NCBI GenBank assembly: GCA_965226915.1
Contig: CBDDEJ010000010.1
Coordinates: forward strand, 772,190-836,189
Source of the DNA: Dehalococcoidia bacterium
GTDB lineage: Bacteria > Chloroflexota > Dehalococcoidia > Lucifugimonadales > UBA3495
DNA length: 64,000 nt
Direction: 5' to 3'
This document shows positions 10,606 to 21,041 of this stretch, piece after piece. The translations under genes and the position numbers were made by a program. Each line of letters opens with the position of its first letter. Positions within the stretch are counted from its first letter, which is position 1. A model generated the notes under the pieces. The model made no database searches. It was not told the DNA's origin and saw only the letters and a program-made list of their open reading frames with translations.

Positions 10606-12492
10606 ATGACCAACCATCGGCTCACCAGCCCAAAGGCCCTGATACTCACCCCCCTGATTCTGCTCTTGGTCATGGCCGCTGCCTGCGGAGGGACCGCCGC
10701 TACTCCAGTGGTGGTGGAAAAAGAAGTAGTTAAAGAGGTGATCAAAGAGGTCCCGGTAGTCAAGGAAGTAATCAAAGAAGTCATAGTGGTGGCGACTGCG
10801 GTGCCCGTAGCCAAGGTGGAGGAAGCCTCCGCCAAAGAACAGGCCGCAGCCCAGGCATCCGTCGATACAATCGCAGACCCGAATTTCAAGCCCATCTACG
10901 GCGGGGTCATAAACATGGCTCAGTACGCCGATGTGAGGCAGAGGCTGATCCACCAATCATCGGTGCTCAACATGACCATGTCGCCGGTGTTTAACAACTT
11001 GGTGGAATGGAACCCGGAGACCGACGACGTCAGCGACCTGCGGTGCGACCTGTGCACCACCTGGGAGTTGGCCGACGACGGTCAAACCTATACGTTCCAT
11101 ATTGATGAAAATGCGAAATGGCATGACGGAGTGCCAGTGACCGCTGACGACATAGTCTTCAGCATGGAGAGCATGGTCAACCCCGACCAGTTCAAAGTGC
11201 TAGAAGGCCGGTCCACGTCGTCTCATGCCAACGCCGGTCTCTATTACGAGACAGGCATGTCCCGGGCGATCGATGACAAGACCGTCGAGATTATCACCAA
11301 ATTCCCTTCCGGCGGTTTCCTCTTGGCCATCGCCAATGAGACGGCCCCTATCATACCCAGGCACACCGTGGTGGATCAAGAAATAGCTCAAGGCGGCCGT
11401 GACCTGGATGTCCTGAACGGCTCCGGGCCATTCAAGCTGACCGAGTTCGTCAAGGAAGTATCGGTCACCTATGTAAAAGACCCGGGCTACTGGAAGACCG
11501 ACCGAAACGGCAACGCCCGTCCCTATATCGACGGGATTAAGATGTTCGTCATTACCGACTCCGGCCGGCAAATAGCGGCCTTCAAGACTGAGCAGGTGTT
11601 GACCGTGAACCAGTCGATCGACAACCTGAGTTCTCAGGAAGCCCTGAAGCTGGACGAAGAGATGGACAACCTCACCGTCCACTGGACGGGACCGGCGCAG
11701 GCGTACTATGTGTTCATGAACACAACCAAGGCGCCCTTCGACGATGTCAGGGTGCGGCAAGCCTTGCACCTGGCGTTGTACCGCCAGCCCATCATCCAGA
11801 CGTTCAGCGGCGGCACCGACGCGCTGGGGTACCCTAATCCTGAAGGGTTCTGGTACAGCCAGACCGACGAAGAAAACACCAACACCCCCGGGTTCCGGGA
11901 GCTAAACGGCGAAAAGCACCCCGACGATCTGGCCAAGGCAAAGAGTCTGCTGGCGGAAGCGGGAATACCCGCGGGACTCGAGCTGACTCTAACCACCAGG
12001 AACGTACTTGGTTACCCCGACCTGGCGGTTCAAGTCAAAGAGCAGCTGAGGAAATACCTGGATTGGGACATCACCCTCCAGGTGATGGAGAGCGGCGCTG
12101 GTTTCGACGCATACTGGGCAGGCGACGTGCAATTCGCGGTCCAAAGCGGCGGGATCTTCAGCACCGGACCGGACGCTATCTGGGCCAGGCTGACCCGCGG
12201 AACCATCCCCCAGTGGACCGGCGGCGGGCGTGGAAAATTCATGGTCCCCTGTAGCGCCACCACCGGCAAGTGTCTGGACGAGTTGAATGACCTGCAGATG
12301 AGGGAAGTGGACCAGGAAAAGAGGAAGGCGATTCTGGCCGATATGTCGGAATTGGTCATCAATGAAGACCATAGCAACCCTTACCTGTTCTGGGCGAACC
12401 ATCACCACGCAGTGAACCACAAGATCCAGAACTTCCATATGACGATTCAAGGCCGGGCGTGGGAGCACGTTTGGTGCGACCCGACCTGCTAA
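10606..12492 (+). CDS. ABC transporter substrate-binding lipoprotein, family 5 (peptide/nickel, DppA/OppA-like)
   Basis: Lipobox LVMAAAC. Low-complexity VVKEVIKEV linker. Family-5 length and motifs. Confidence 0.85.
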   Translation: MTNHRLTSPKALILTPLILLLVMAAACGGTAATPVVVEKEVVKEVIKEVPVVKEVIKEVIVVATAVPVAKVEEASAKEQAAAQASVDTIADPNFKPIYGGVINMAQYADVRQRLIHQSSVLNMTMSPVFNNLVEWNPETDDVSDLRCDLCTTWELADDGQTYTFHIDENAKWHDGVPVTADDIVFSMESMVNPDQFKVLEGRSTSSHANAGLYYETGMSRAIDDKTVEIITKFPSGGFLLAIANETAPIIPRHTVVDQEIAQGGRDLDVLNGSGPFKLTEFVKEVSVTYVKDPGYWKTDRNGNARPYIDGIKMFVITDSGRQIAAFKTEQVLTVNQSIDNLSSQEALKLDEEMDNLTVHWTGPAQAYYVFMNTTKAPFDDVRVRQALHLALYRQPIIQTFSGGTDALGYPNPEGFWYSQTDEENTNTPGFRELNGEKHPDDLAKAKSLLAEAGIPAGLELTLTTRNVLGYPDLAVQVKEQLRKYLDWDITLQVMESGAGFDAYWAGDVQFAVQSGGIFSTGPDAIWARLTRGTIPQWTGGGRGKFMVPCSATTGKCLDELNDLQMREVDQEKRKAILADMSELVINEDHSNPYLFWANHHHAVNHKIQNFHMTIQGRAWEHVWCDPTC

Positions 12493-12528
12493 AATCAATA
12501 GACGCCTAGGCGTCTAAAGGATGTCCAA

Positions 12529-12572
12529 GGGCAGGCTGACCTGAAGGTTCGGAAGGCCGGTCTGCCCTTTTT
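12529..12572 (+). terminator. hairpin plus T-run after the binding-protein gene (intra-operon attenuator/terminator)
   Basis: GGGCAG..CTGCCC followed by TTTTT. Preceded by a perfect 18-bp palindrome TAGACGCCTAGGCGTCTA at 12499-12516. Confidence 0.45.
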
Positions 12573-12813
12573 AGACGCCAAGGGAGTTGATATCCCTGCA
12601 TTAAGAGAGTGCTGTCAACCCCGGCTGGGGAGCGGGATCAGGTCGGCGCTTGAGCCGCGTCGTTAGGTTCGTCACCCGTCCCGTGTTTTGCCTGATTGCA
12701 TGGGGGCCCTTCCCCAGCCGGGGTTGGCGGCACGCCAGAAGCGGAAGGCTGTGGCTGGGTAGCCTTGTATTCAGAATCCTACCTTATTTTCCAGCCTAGT
12801 TCGGGGAAGAAAG

Positions 12814-13776
12814 ATGCGGAATTACATCACCAAACGCTTCGTACTATTCATACCCACACTGTTGATCGTCACCGTTGTGGTTTTCTCCATCCTGCGGGTG
12901 ATTCCCGGCGACCCGGCCCTACTGATCTTGGGCGGGGAATCTGGAGACGACGAATTCACGGAAGCGCAACTGGACGCCCTGCGCCACAAATTGGGCACCG
13001 ACCGGAACATCATCGTCCAGTACGGCAGCTGGGTCGGCAACATGCTCAAGGGAGACTTCGGGGTCTCCTACTTCTACGAGGGCGACCGGGTCATCGACGA
13101 CCTGAAGATGAGGATACCCACCACGGTGGAACTGGCCATCATGGCGTTGCTGCTGGCCACCGTCATGGCCGTGCCGTTGGGGGTGATTTCCGCCTTAAAG
13201 CAAGACACGTTCACCGATTACGTCACCAGGGTCGTAAGCATCACGGGGATAGCCACGCCCAACTTCTGGGTGGCTATCATGAGCATCTTCTTCCTGGTGC
13301 TGTTCTTCAACTGGGCGCCGCCCCTGGCCTACGTAGACCCATGGGAGGACCCGTGGGTGAACTTCCAGCAACTGATCTTCCCGGCCTTGGCGTTGGGCAC
13401 GTCCAACATGGCCTTCATCACCCGAATCACCCGGTCCGCCATGCTGGAAGTGCTGCACGAAGACTACATCAGGACCGCCCGGTCCAAAGGCCTCTCCGAG
13501 AAGATAGTGATTTTCCGGCATGCGCTGCGAAACGCCCTGTTGCCGGTGGTCACCCTATCGGGATACGAGTTTGGCCGGCTGATCTCGGGCACGGTGATTA
13601 TCGAAGTGATCTTCCTGATACCGGGAATGGGCCGTTTGCTCATCACCAGTATCTTGCACCGGGACTTCCCAATGATCCAGGCGACCATCGTTCTGATAGC
13701 GGTTGTGGTGCTGGTCCTGAATTTGGTGCTGGACCTCTTCTACGCGTGGCTGAATCCCAGGATTCGCTACAACTAA
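12814..13776 (+). CDS. ABC transporter permease (DppB/OppB-like)
   Basis: N-terminal YITKRF..IPTLL..VVFSILRVIPGDP and the EAA-type loop RTARSKGLSE. Confidence 0.9.
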   Translation: MRNYITKRFVLFIPTLLIVTVVVFSILRVIPGDPALLILGGESGDDEFTEAQLDALRHKLGTDRNIIVQYGSWVGNMLKGDFGVSYFYEGDRVIDDLKMRIPTTVELAIMALLLATVMAVPLGVISALKQDTFTDYVTRVVSITGIATPNFWVAIMSIFFLVLFFNWAPPLAYVDPWEDPWVNFQQLIFPALALGTSNMAFITRITRSAMLEVLHEDYIRTARSKGLSEKIVIFRHALRNALLPVVTLSGYEFGRLISGTVIIEVIFLIPGMGRLLITSILHRDFPMIQATIVLIAVVVLVLNLVLDLFYAWLNPRIRYN

Positions 13777-13824
13777 AGCACGCCGCCGCGCAGAGCGCTT
13801 TATGAAATACGGGGGTAATCATCA

Positions 13825-14745
13825 ATGGCAGTGAACCAAGGAACCGCTCAGGCGCTACCGGAGCCGACGATAACGGGTCTTCGGCCCAAACGAACGTTCC
13901 TGCAACAATTCGTATCCTTCCTCAAGACCAAAAGGCTAGGCACATTTGGTCTGGTGGTGGCCACCATGACGGTGATCGCGGCCGTCTTCGCGCCCCAGAT
14001 CTCCAACCACGACCCATACGTCACCACGGTGGAGCACATCTACGAATCGCCCAACACCGATTACTTCTTCGGTGGAGACAATCTGGGCCGGGACGTGTTC
14101 AGCAGGATCATATACGGCGCCAGGATCTCCCTGGTCGTGGGGATCGTCTCCTCGTTCATCGGGTGCACCATCGGGATGATGGTGGGTGTCTTCAGCGTCC
14201 ACTTCGGGGGCAAGACCGACCTGATCATCCAGCGGTTCATAGACGCGATGATAGCGTTCCCCACCTTGATCCTGGCGATAGCGATCATGGCCGCCCTGGG
14301 GGCGTCCGTCATGAACGTGATCATCGCGCTGAGCATCGTGTACGTGCCTAGCACGGCGCGGATCCTGCGCGCCCAATACCTGGCCATCAAAGAAATGGAC
14401 TACGTGCTGTCGGCCAGGGCGGTGGGGGCCGGGGGCTGGCGCATCATGATCAAGCATATGATACCCAACGCCTTTGCGCTTTATCTGGTGATCGTGACCT
14501 TCCACCTGGGAGGGGCCATCATCGCCGAGGCTTCACTGAGCTTCCTGGGAGTGGGCAGTCCTCCCGACGTGCCGTCATGGGGCGGCATGTTGAGCGGCGC
14601 GGCATCGCAGTACGTGGCGATTGCGCCATGGCTGGCGGTATTCCCCGGCGCGGCGATATTCATCGTGGTCTTCTCGTGGAACGTGCTGGGCGACGCGCTC
14701 CGGGACGTGCTGGACCCCCGGCTTCGCGGCACGGGACCGAGCTAG
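13825..14745 (+). CDS. ABC transporter permease (DppC/OppC-like)
   Basis: Motifs FGGDNLGRDVFSRIIYGARISL and SARAVGAG. Confidence 0.9.
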   Translation: MAVNQGTAQALPEPTITGLRPKRTFLQQFVSFLKTKRLGTFGLVVATMTVIAAVFAPQISNHDPYVTTVEHIYESPNTDYFFGGDNLGRDVFSRIIYGARISLVVGIVSSFIGCTIGMMVGVFSVHFGGKTDLIIQRFIDAMIAFPTLILAIAIMAALGASVMNVIIALSIVYVPSTARILRAQYLAIKEMDYVLSARAVGAGGWRIMIKHMIPNAFALYLVIVTFHLGGAIIAEASLSFLGVGSPPDVPSWGGMLSGAASQYVAIAPWLAVFPGAAIFIVVFSWNVLGDALRDVLDPRLRGTGPS

Positions 14746-14798
14746 TTCGCCCAACCGCCAGAGAGTGACTGAAAGAGTAACTGGAAGAAGGTGAAGGT

Positions 14799-15284
14799 AT
14801 GCGGGTAAAGGGATTCTTCCCACTATTGATAGTGTCGTTGCTCATGCCGGCTATCCTGGCGGCATGTGGCGGGACCGGGGCGCAACCTGTTGACAGCGCC
14901 GGCTCCGCTCCAGAGCTAGACGCCGCGGCTATAGTGGCGGCCGGCTACGTGCCCTCCATCCACGCTTCGGAACACGTGGGCAAATCGGTAACGGTGAAGG
15001 GCCAGGTCAGGGATTACCAATATCACGACGGCAAGGCAGGGAAGCCAACCCTGATCCTCTTCGACGAAGCAGGCGTGGTGGAGAGAGGATCGTCCATATC
15101 GGACATGGAAACACCGGAGACCTTCACGATGGTGGTGATGAGGAAAGACAAGCCCAACTTCCCACCGCACTACGGGCAAAATTGGAATGGCAAGGTCCTG
15201 TGCGTCACAGGCACCATCGAAGTCTACTTTGGCAGCCCGGCAATGATCGTTTCCGATTCCGCAAACGTGGTCGCCGATTGCTGA
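14799..15284 (+). CDS. hypothetical lipoprotein
   Basis: Signal peptide with lipobox ILAAC. No family recognised. Confidence 0.55.
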   Translation: MRVKGFFPLLIVSLLMPAILAACGGTGAQPVDSAGSAPELDAAAIVAAGYVPSIHASEHVGKSVTVKGQVRDYQYHDGKAGKPTLILFDEAGVVERGSSISDMETPETFTMVVMRKDKPNFPPHYGQNWNGKVLCVTGTIEVYFGSPAMIVSDSANVVADC

Positions 15285-15350
15285 GGCGCGCGATGATTTT
15301 TCCCTAGCTGGAAACCCCGTCTCCCTCCAAAGACAGGAAACAGGTTCTCA

Positions 15351-15391
15351 AAAACCCCCACACTTCCGATTTATGGCAATGTGGGGGTTTT
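15351..15391. terminator. rho-independent terminator (A-tail/T-tail, potentially bidirectional)
   Basis: AAAA-CCCCCACA, 17-nt loop, TGTGGGGG-TTTT. Confidence 0.5.
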
Positions 15392-15805
15392 CCTTTAACC
15401 GTTATATAACATCCAAATCGGTTGAACTCGGTCCAATAAGTGCCCGGGGTCAGGTCCGAGTCTGGGTTCTGTGGATCGTCCTCGCATGCTCATCGAATAC
15501 TCGCCATTGTGACCTGACCTCTTAGATTCGGTCCAAGACTGGGCGGTATTGGTGTTCATATCACTCTGGCGGCATCACTATGATTGAATCCGCTAGCCAA
15601 GTGCAACAACTTCCGCGTATGGCAACCTTTTAGGCTCGGCTCAAACAGGCTTGTCGATCCGCACCTTTAGGTATGGGAACTGAGGCGCTTAACTCCCCAA
15701 GCCGGGTGGTGGAATGTACCCGGCACTTCGACAAACCCAGGACGGTAAATCCAAGGTTCGCTGTTTGATTAGAATAATCTGGAGATGAAGCGAAATGTGG
15801 CGGGG

Positions 15806-17254
15806 TTAACCGCCGTCAGCGGTTAATGCGTAGAGATTTCCATCGTGCGCCCCCACGTAGATCGTGTCACCGGCTACTATGGGGCTGCCAGTGATTTGAG
15901 AGCCAATGGGGAATTCCCACATCATGTTCCCAGTGGTGGTGTCGATACCCAGGAGATTTCCATCCTCAAGGCCGACCATCAACGTATCGCCCGCCACGGA
16001 GGGCGGGACACCCACTCCGGATTTGACATTGGTGGACCATATCTCCCTGCCGGTTTTGGCATCCCTGGATATGACAGCGCCGTTTTCTTTCGCTGCGAAA
16101 ACCGCATCCTCGGTTACAGCCAATGGAAGATTTATGTCGCCCCCAATCCGTTTGGACCAGATGCTGCCTCGTTGGATGGGCCTTCCGGAGATCAACTGCC
16201 AAACGTAAAGATTGAGCTTGACCCGGAAAATGATACGTTCCATGGGATAGGTCTGAGATTCCCGGTCAATGGCCCAAATCAAACCGCCGTCGGAACTAAA
16301 GTAGGCGGCATTGCCTTGGATGGCGGGGGCGCCGCCAAATCGGACCTTGCCTGTGTCGTATTTTAGGCGATGACGTCCGTTTTTGACGTCAAAGATATCC
16401 ACCACCCTTCCTTGTGAGGCTACGACAACAGTGTCGCCGGCGATCGCGGCCGGCGCTATAATCCAATCCCGGGTCGGTGAGGCCCATCGCATTTCGCCGG
16501 TAAGCGCGTCAATCGCAAACAGCTTGCTGGCGCCGCTCCCTATGAACACAGTCCCATCGCCCACCACAGGGGAGGCGTAGACAGGGCTCTTAAGATCAAC
16601 CTCCCACACCATTGTGCCGGTAACCCGGTCTAGAGCTGTAAGCAAGCCTGGCCGAACCGCGAATATGACCAAGTCTCCCACTATTGCCGGGCTGGAACTT
16701 GAACGGGCATCAGTGGAGTATTCCCAAATAAGGTCCCCAGATTCGGCGTCCAAAACTACTAGGCGGCCGTCATCGGAAGACAGGTACACGCGTCCTTCCA
16801 CCACCGATGGCGAGGATAAAATCGGCCTGGAAGTCGAGAACGTCCATTTGATCTGAGTTGGAATCGGAGCATCGTCCGGGGTGAATCTTGAGTTTTCGGC
16901 GGTGCGGCCCACCTGGCCCCAATCTCCAGGGGCCAAACTGGGAATGGCGTCTCCCAAAGCCTCGGCCGGAGGGAACACCCGTGGTATCACATCGAATATC
17001 GCCACCAGTTGCCAAAAGACGAGACTAAAGGCAATGGCCAGTGTGGTGATCAAAACCGGATGCCGCAAGAACTTGGGCAAGCGGGTTCCGCGTATCAATG
17101 CGGCCTGCTCTTGGTCCATTGTGGTTGCCCTAGTTAATGGCAACCAGCAAACCGCGCACCTGTCGGATTCATCTTGGGGGTTGATGTGGCCGCAAGCTCG
17201 GCACACTCGGACCTGTTCTAACGTGAGTCCCGTCCTCCAGGGAAATTTACGCAC
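15806..17254 (-). CDS. PQQ-like (BamB-type) beta-propeller repeat protein with N-terminal zinc ribbon and one TM helix
   Basis: CRACGH..CAVC, then a hydrophobic helix, then repeated G.vy....dG.l.AlDa.tG..W blades. Confidence 0.8.
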   Translation of the reverse strand: MRKFPWRTGLTLEQVRVCRACGHINPQDESDRCAVCWLPLTRATTMDQEQAALIRGTRLPKFLRHPVLITTLAIAFSLVFWQLVAIFDVIPRVFPPAEALGDAIPSLAPGDWGQVGRTAENSRFTPDDAPIPTQIKWTFSTSRPILSSPSVVEGRVYLSSDDGRLVVLDAESGDLIWEYSTDARSSSSPAIVGDLVIFAVRPGLLTALDRVTGTMVWEVDLKSPVYASPVVGDGTVFIGSGASKLFAIDALTGEMRWASPTRDWIIAPAAIAGDTVVVASQGRVVDIFDVKNGRHRLKYDTGKVRFGGAPAIQGNAAYFSSDGGLIWAIDRESQTYPMERIIFRVKLNLYVWQLISGRPIQRGSIWSKRIGGDINLPLAVTEDAVFAAKENGAVISRDAKTGREIWSTNVKSGVGVPPSVAGDTLMVGLEDGNLLGIDTTTGNMMWEFPIGSQITGSPIVAGDTIYVGAHDGNLYALTADGG

Positions 17255-17360
17255 AGCTAACCGGGCGTGGCTAACTTGCTGGGGTCAAAGCACGTGGACC
17301 GTTTTGCCTACGTATGCAATTCACCGGTTTTGCCGGGCGATAAGAGATAGCCTGCTTTTA

Positions 17361-18359
17361 TTATATATCTAAAAGCGCTTCCAAGTTTTTCCCCAGGATC
17401 TTGTCCTTCTCTTCCTGGTTCAGGCTTTGGAGGCCCTGGACCCAACCGGCGGGAGACGGGTCCCAGCCGACGAAAGGCCAGTCACTTCCCAGCACCACGT
17501 GGTCAATACCCACGGTGTCGATCAGGAACCGCAAAGCTGGTTCGCTGTTAGTCACAGTATCATAATACATTCGGCCCAGATAGTGGCTGGGTGGGAATTG
17601 TATGTTGATCCGGGCTTCGGAACGAACCTGCCAGCCGTGGTCAAGGCGCCCCAAGCCGAAGCAAGCCGGGCCTCCGCCGTGGGCGACGCAAACTTTCAAG
17701 TCGGGGCATTTGTCCAGGACGCCGCCAAAGATCAGCGCCGCCACCACCAGCGTGTCTTCCAGGGGTACGCCGATGCTGTTGCCCAGGGAAAAACGGTCAT
17801 TAAGCTGCTGAGCTAATAGGTTGTCGGCGGGTTGAGGATGGTAAAACAGCAACGCGCCTAACTCTTCGGCAGCCTTGAATAAGGGAAGGAACTGCTCTTC
17901 GTCCCAGTTGGATTGATTGACCACCGTGTCCAGCTCGGCGCCCTTGAGCCCCAATTGAGTAACCGCCCTTTCCAGTTCAGATATAGATGCCCCCACGTCC
18001 TGGGCCGGCAATGTGGCCAGACCGGCGAACCGCTGAGGCCATTGCTTGGCCATTGAGGAGACTTCGTCGTTGAATTCTTGGGCCAACTTCAAGCCTTCGC
18101 CTGCGTCTAGACGATACCCTGCTATGGGCATATGGATCGAGACGACCTGAACGTCTGTGCCTTGCTCATCCATGTTTTCGATGCGCTGCTCAGGCGTGAA
18201 ACGAAGGGGCGGCGGCAAAGGGATCGTCCGGCCATGGCCCTCTAGGACCTTTGGACCGTCGCCGGTGGAGAGCCGGAGCCCGTGCCAGTCACCTCCCGCG
18301 TCTACGGTTTTGAGGAGGCACTGGGGCACCAGATGGGCGTGAACGTCTATGCTTCGCAC
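17361..18359 (-). CDS. amidohydrolase-2 (ACMSD-like) family protein
   Basis: Motifs SIDVHAHL, VAHGGG and GSDWPF. GTG at 18359 follows AAGAGG. Paralogue of 19887..20882. Confidence 0.8.
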   Translation of the reverse strand: MRSIDVHAHLVPQCLLKTVDAGGDWHGLRLSTGDGPKVLEGHGRTIPLPPPLRFTPEQRIENMDEQGTDVQVVSIHMPIAGYRLDAGEGLKLAQEFNDEVSSMAKQWPQRFAGLATLPAQDVGASISELERAVTQLGLKGAELDTVVNQSNWDEEQFLPLFKAAEELGALLFYHPQPADNLLAQQLNDRFSLGNSIGVPLEDTLVVAALIFGGVLDKCPDLKVCVAHGGGPACFGLGRLDHGWQVRSEARINIQFPPSHYLGRMYYDTVTNSEPALRFLIDTVGIDHVVLGSDWPFVGWDPSPAGWVQGLQSLNQEEKDKILGKNLEALLDI

Positions 18360-18377
18360 GTTGAAACCTCTTTTATA

Positions 18378-19820
18378 GAAACTGTTCAGAGTTGAGGGGA
18401 AGTGAGCAACCGGCGGCATTCCAGGAGGGGATTGAGACCTCTGGCCCGCCAGGTGCCAAAGAGGGATGCCAAGGTCATCTTGCTGTCGGCGCCCTGCCCT
18501 GAGCGGGCGCCGCCGCTGATCTTGCGACTGGTTACCAGATGCCGCAGGCTCCGCTCGGCGGCGTTGTTGTCTGAGGACACGGCTGGGTCCGACACGAAGA
18601 CAAACAGTTCCTTGATGAACCGTTCCATGCGCCGGCAGAGCTTGGCCTGAACCGCCAGGGGATCTTTAAGGAAAGGCCGCGCCAAGACCATTAGTTTCTC
18701 CTCCAGCATTAGCTGGGTGCGATGGCCTGGCTGGGCTCGGGGAAGGACCGAGGCCTTGGCCTCCGTGTAGACCTAGTGAACCGCCTCGGCCCACTGAGCC
18801 AGCCCAGCGTCTTCTGGGTACAACCCTTTCAGGTCATGGATATCCCGCAGCAGATGAGCCCAGCACCGTTGCTTCAGGCCCGGGTAGTGGTTATAGGCCG
18901 CGTAGAAATCACTGACCAACACTCCGCTGAAGGAGGAATCCAGCACCTCATCCACCACCCCCTTATCCCGACCCCGACGCAGGAAGTATCGTTCGCTGGG
19001 AGTGCTGAAGGTCCAAACATAGCCGTTGCTCCCGTCCTGGCGCCAGCCGGTTTCGTCGCCCTGCACCACGGGACTGGCGCGGACTTGCTCGAGCACCTCT
19101 CGCACCGCCGTCTCAGCCTGACGGGCTACTCCATGGACGGCCTCGACGATGGCGCCAACACTCAGGTGCAACTGATGGACGCTCTCCAGGTACCATTGCC
19201 AGGTATCATTGGATGATTCTTATGGGCAACCGTCCCTCCTCCCGCAGGGTCACCATCAGGCTTACCAGATTGACCCCCAGTCGCTGCTGGCCCAGAACCA
19301 CCCCCTGCAGGGCCTCTTTGGGCAGCCGGCGCCGCTGGCATACCGGACAGATGCGGGCTACCAGGGCGTGCTCGGTCACTTCTACCGGAGCCACCGGTAG
19401 CTCAATGACTTCCCGAGTTCGCTGTACCCATCCGCCGTTCAGGTGAGTCCCGCAGTCGGGACAGACCGCCACGGCATGCTCCACCCGCCGGGTAGGAGTC
19501 ATGCGCTGGCGGGCGAAGCCATGGCGGCGCGGCTTTCTGGGCTCCTTTTTCTCCGGCGCTTGCCGGCTGGAGTGCGGCTGATTACCCGGCATCCCCGACG
19601 ACCCGCGCCGGTTGGGACGGGATTCCAGAACCCCAATCCGCCTTTGCAAATCGGCAATGACTCCCCGCTGGCCGGCAATTATCTCCAGCAGAGTTTCGCC
19701 ACTCGCCGCGTTCAGGTCTAGTTCAGTGTCCACCTCCCTGGTATGCCACAACTCCCCCGGCCATGCCAGCGTTTTTCCAACGGCTTTGAGCCAATTCACC
19801 TCATCAAGTCTGAACAGTTC
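18378..19820 (-). mobile_element. IS66-family insertion sequence, single-ORF (ISBst12-like) type, transposase broken
   Basis: Imperfect terminal inverted repeats GAAACTGTTCAGAgTTGA (18378-18395) and TCAAgTCTGAACAGTTC (19804-19820). Three consecutive transposase fragments inside. Confidence 0.7.
18386..19799 (-). pseudogene. IS66-family transposase (zinc-finger N-terminus, DDE core, C-terminus) in three pieces
   Basis: ORFs 19206..19799 (CPDCG..CPVC), 18773..19171 (VQGDETGW) and 18386..18709 (NNAAERSLR). There is a +1 shift near 19205 and an in-frame TAG at 18773-18775. Confidence 0.75.
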
Positions 19821-19847
19821 CCTTATTATATCAAGGGGGCAAAACTT

Positions 19848-19877
19848 CGGAACCAGATCAATCGGAACCAGATCAAT
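19848..19877. repeat. 2 x 15-bp perfect tandem repeat (CGGAACCAGATCAAT)
   Basis: Direct reading. Lies between the IS66 end and the stop of the next gene. Confidence 0.9.
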
Positions 19878-19886
19878 TTGGAGAGT

Positions 19887-20882
19887 TCAGATTCCCAGCA
19901 GATTCTCCAAGTTCTTCGAAAGAATCAGTTCTTTTTCCGCATCGGTAATGCTTTCCATGCTTTGGATCCAGGAGACCGGCCAGTCAAGGGCCATGTCGTA
20001 GGGCCAATCGGTGCCGAAAACGACCCGGTCGGCGCCCACGGTGTCTATCAGGTATCTGAGGGCTTGTTCGGTATATACGATGCAATCGTAATAAAACCGG
20101 CGCAGGTAGGCGCTGGGCGGTTGTTTCGCGTGGACCTGGTTTTCCGGCCGCGTCTCCCATCCCCTGTCCAGCCGGCCTATCCCCTGGCACGTGTAGCCGC
20201 CGCCATGGGATAAGCAGATCCTCAGATCGGGACAAGCATCCATGACGCCGCCCATTACCAGCGAAGCAAAGTTGACGGTGCGGTCGGCCAGGTTGCCGAT
20301 GGAATTGGGCAGGTGGTAGCGCTGGATGCGGGCGTTAACCAGGGTGTCGCCTCCCTGGTGGAACAGGATCATGGCGCCAGAGGCCTCGGCCGACTTCCAG
20401 AAGGGCATAAATTCGGGATCGTCCAGCCACTTCCCGTTGATCTGGTCGTTTATCATGGCGCCCTTGAAACCGGGCTGGGACATGATTCGCTCCAACTCCG
20501 CGATCGCCGCCCCGACGTCCTGCATGGGCAGGGTCCCCAAGCCGGCGAAACGGCCTGGCCAGGACTTGGCCATCTGTCCCACCTCATCATTGGAATCTTT
20601 TGAGGTGGCGATGGCTATGGATGAGTCTAGATGGTAGTTGTAAAACCCGGAATAGGGAGAGACGACCTGTACGTCGACGCCCAAACAGTCCATATCAGAA
20701 AGGCGTTGCTCGGGAGTCCAGCTGGACTTGGGCGGCAGCTGACCGCGGTGGCCGCCGATCACGGCTATCTCCCTTCCACGGTCGTCCTGGTCACGTTTGA
20801 CGGTGTGCCAGTCGCCGCCGTTCTGGGTGGCCTTCCAGAAACATTGCGGGGTTAAATGGGCGTGGATATCGATGCTTCGCAT
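19887..20882 (-). CDS. amidohydrolase-2 (ACMSD-like) family protein
   Basis: Motifs MRSIDIHAHL, LSHGGG and GTDWPY. ATG at 20882 follows GAGAGG. Confidence 0.85.
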   Translation of the reverse strand: MRSIDIHAHLTPQCFWKATQNGGDWHTVKRDQDDRGREIAVIGGHRGQLPPKSSWTPEQRLSDMDCLGVDVQVVSPYSGFYNYHLDSSIAIATSKDSNDEVGQMAKSWPGRFAGLGTLPMQDVGAAIAELERIMSQPGFKGAMINDQINGKWLDDPEFMPFWKSAEASGAMILFHQGGDTLVNARIQRYHLPNSIGNLADRTVNFASLVMGGVMDACPDLRICLSHGGGYTCQGIGRLDRGWETRPENQVHAKQPPSAYLRRFYYDCIVYTEQALRYLIDTVGADRVVFGTDWPYDMALDWPVSWIQSMESITDAEKELILSKNLENLLGI

Positions 20883-21041
20883 GGACCTCTCCAGGCGCGG
20901 TTCAGTGCGCCGAGTCTCACCTGCCTGACCGTGTCTGAACCCTGGCGGAAAGGTAGCATCGCCCATTGGCGCTGTCAAACAAAAGCGGTTCTAGGTCCGG
21001 AACCTGGGCTGGGCCGGGTTTGACAGCCGCATCATCGGCTC

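Noticed and set aside
15395-15805. A 400-bp gene-free stretch with a 9-bp inverted repeat (GGTCAGGTC..GACCTGACC) and a repeated TCGGTCCAA, considered as a possible ncRNA.
   Set aside because: I recognised no promoter-terminator pair and no known RNA motif. The evidence is too weak without covariation or expression data.
18773-18776. Both premature TAG codons (IS66 transposase at 18773-18775, recombinase at 53021-53023) lie inside CTAG. I considered excision footprints of the CTAG-seeking elements, or TAG recoding.
   Set aside because: There are only two cases. No extra footprint bases are visible, no Pyl machinery is present in the window, and backbone genes use TAG as an ordinary stop. This may be chance.
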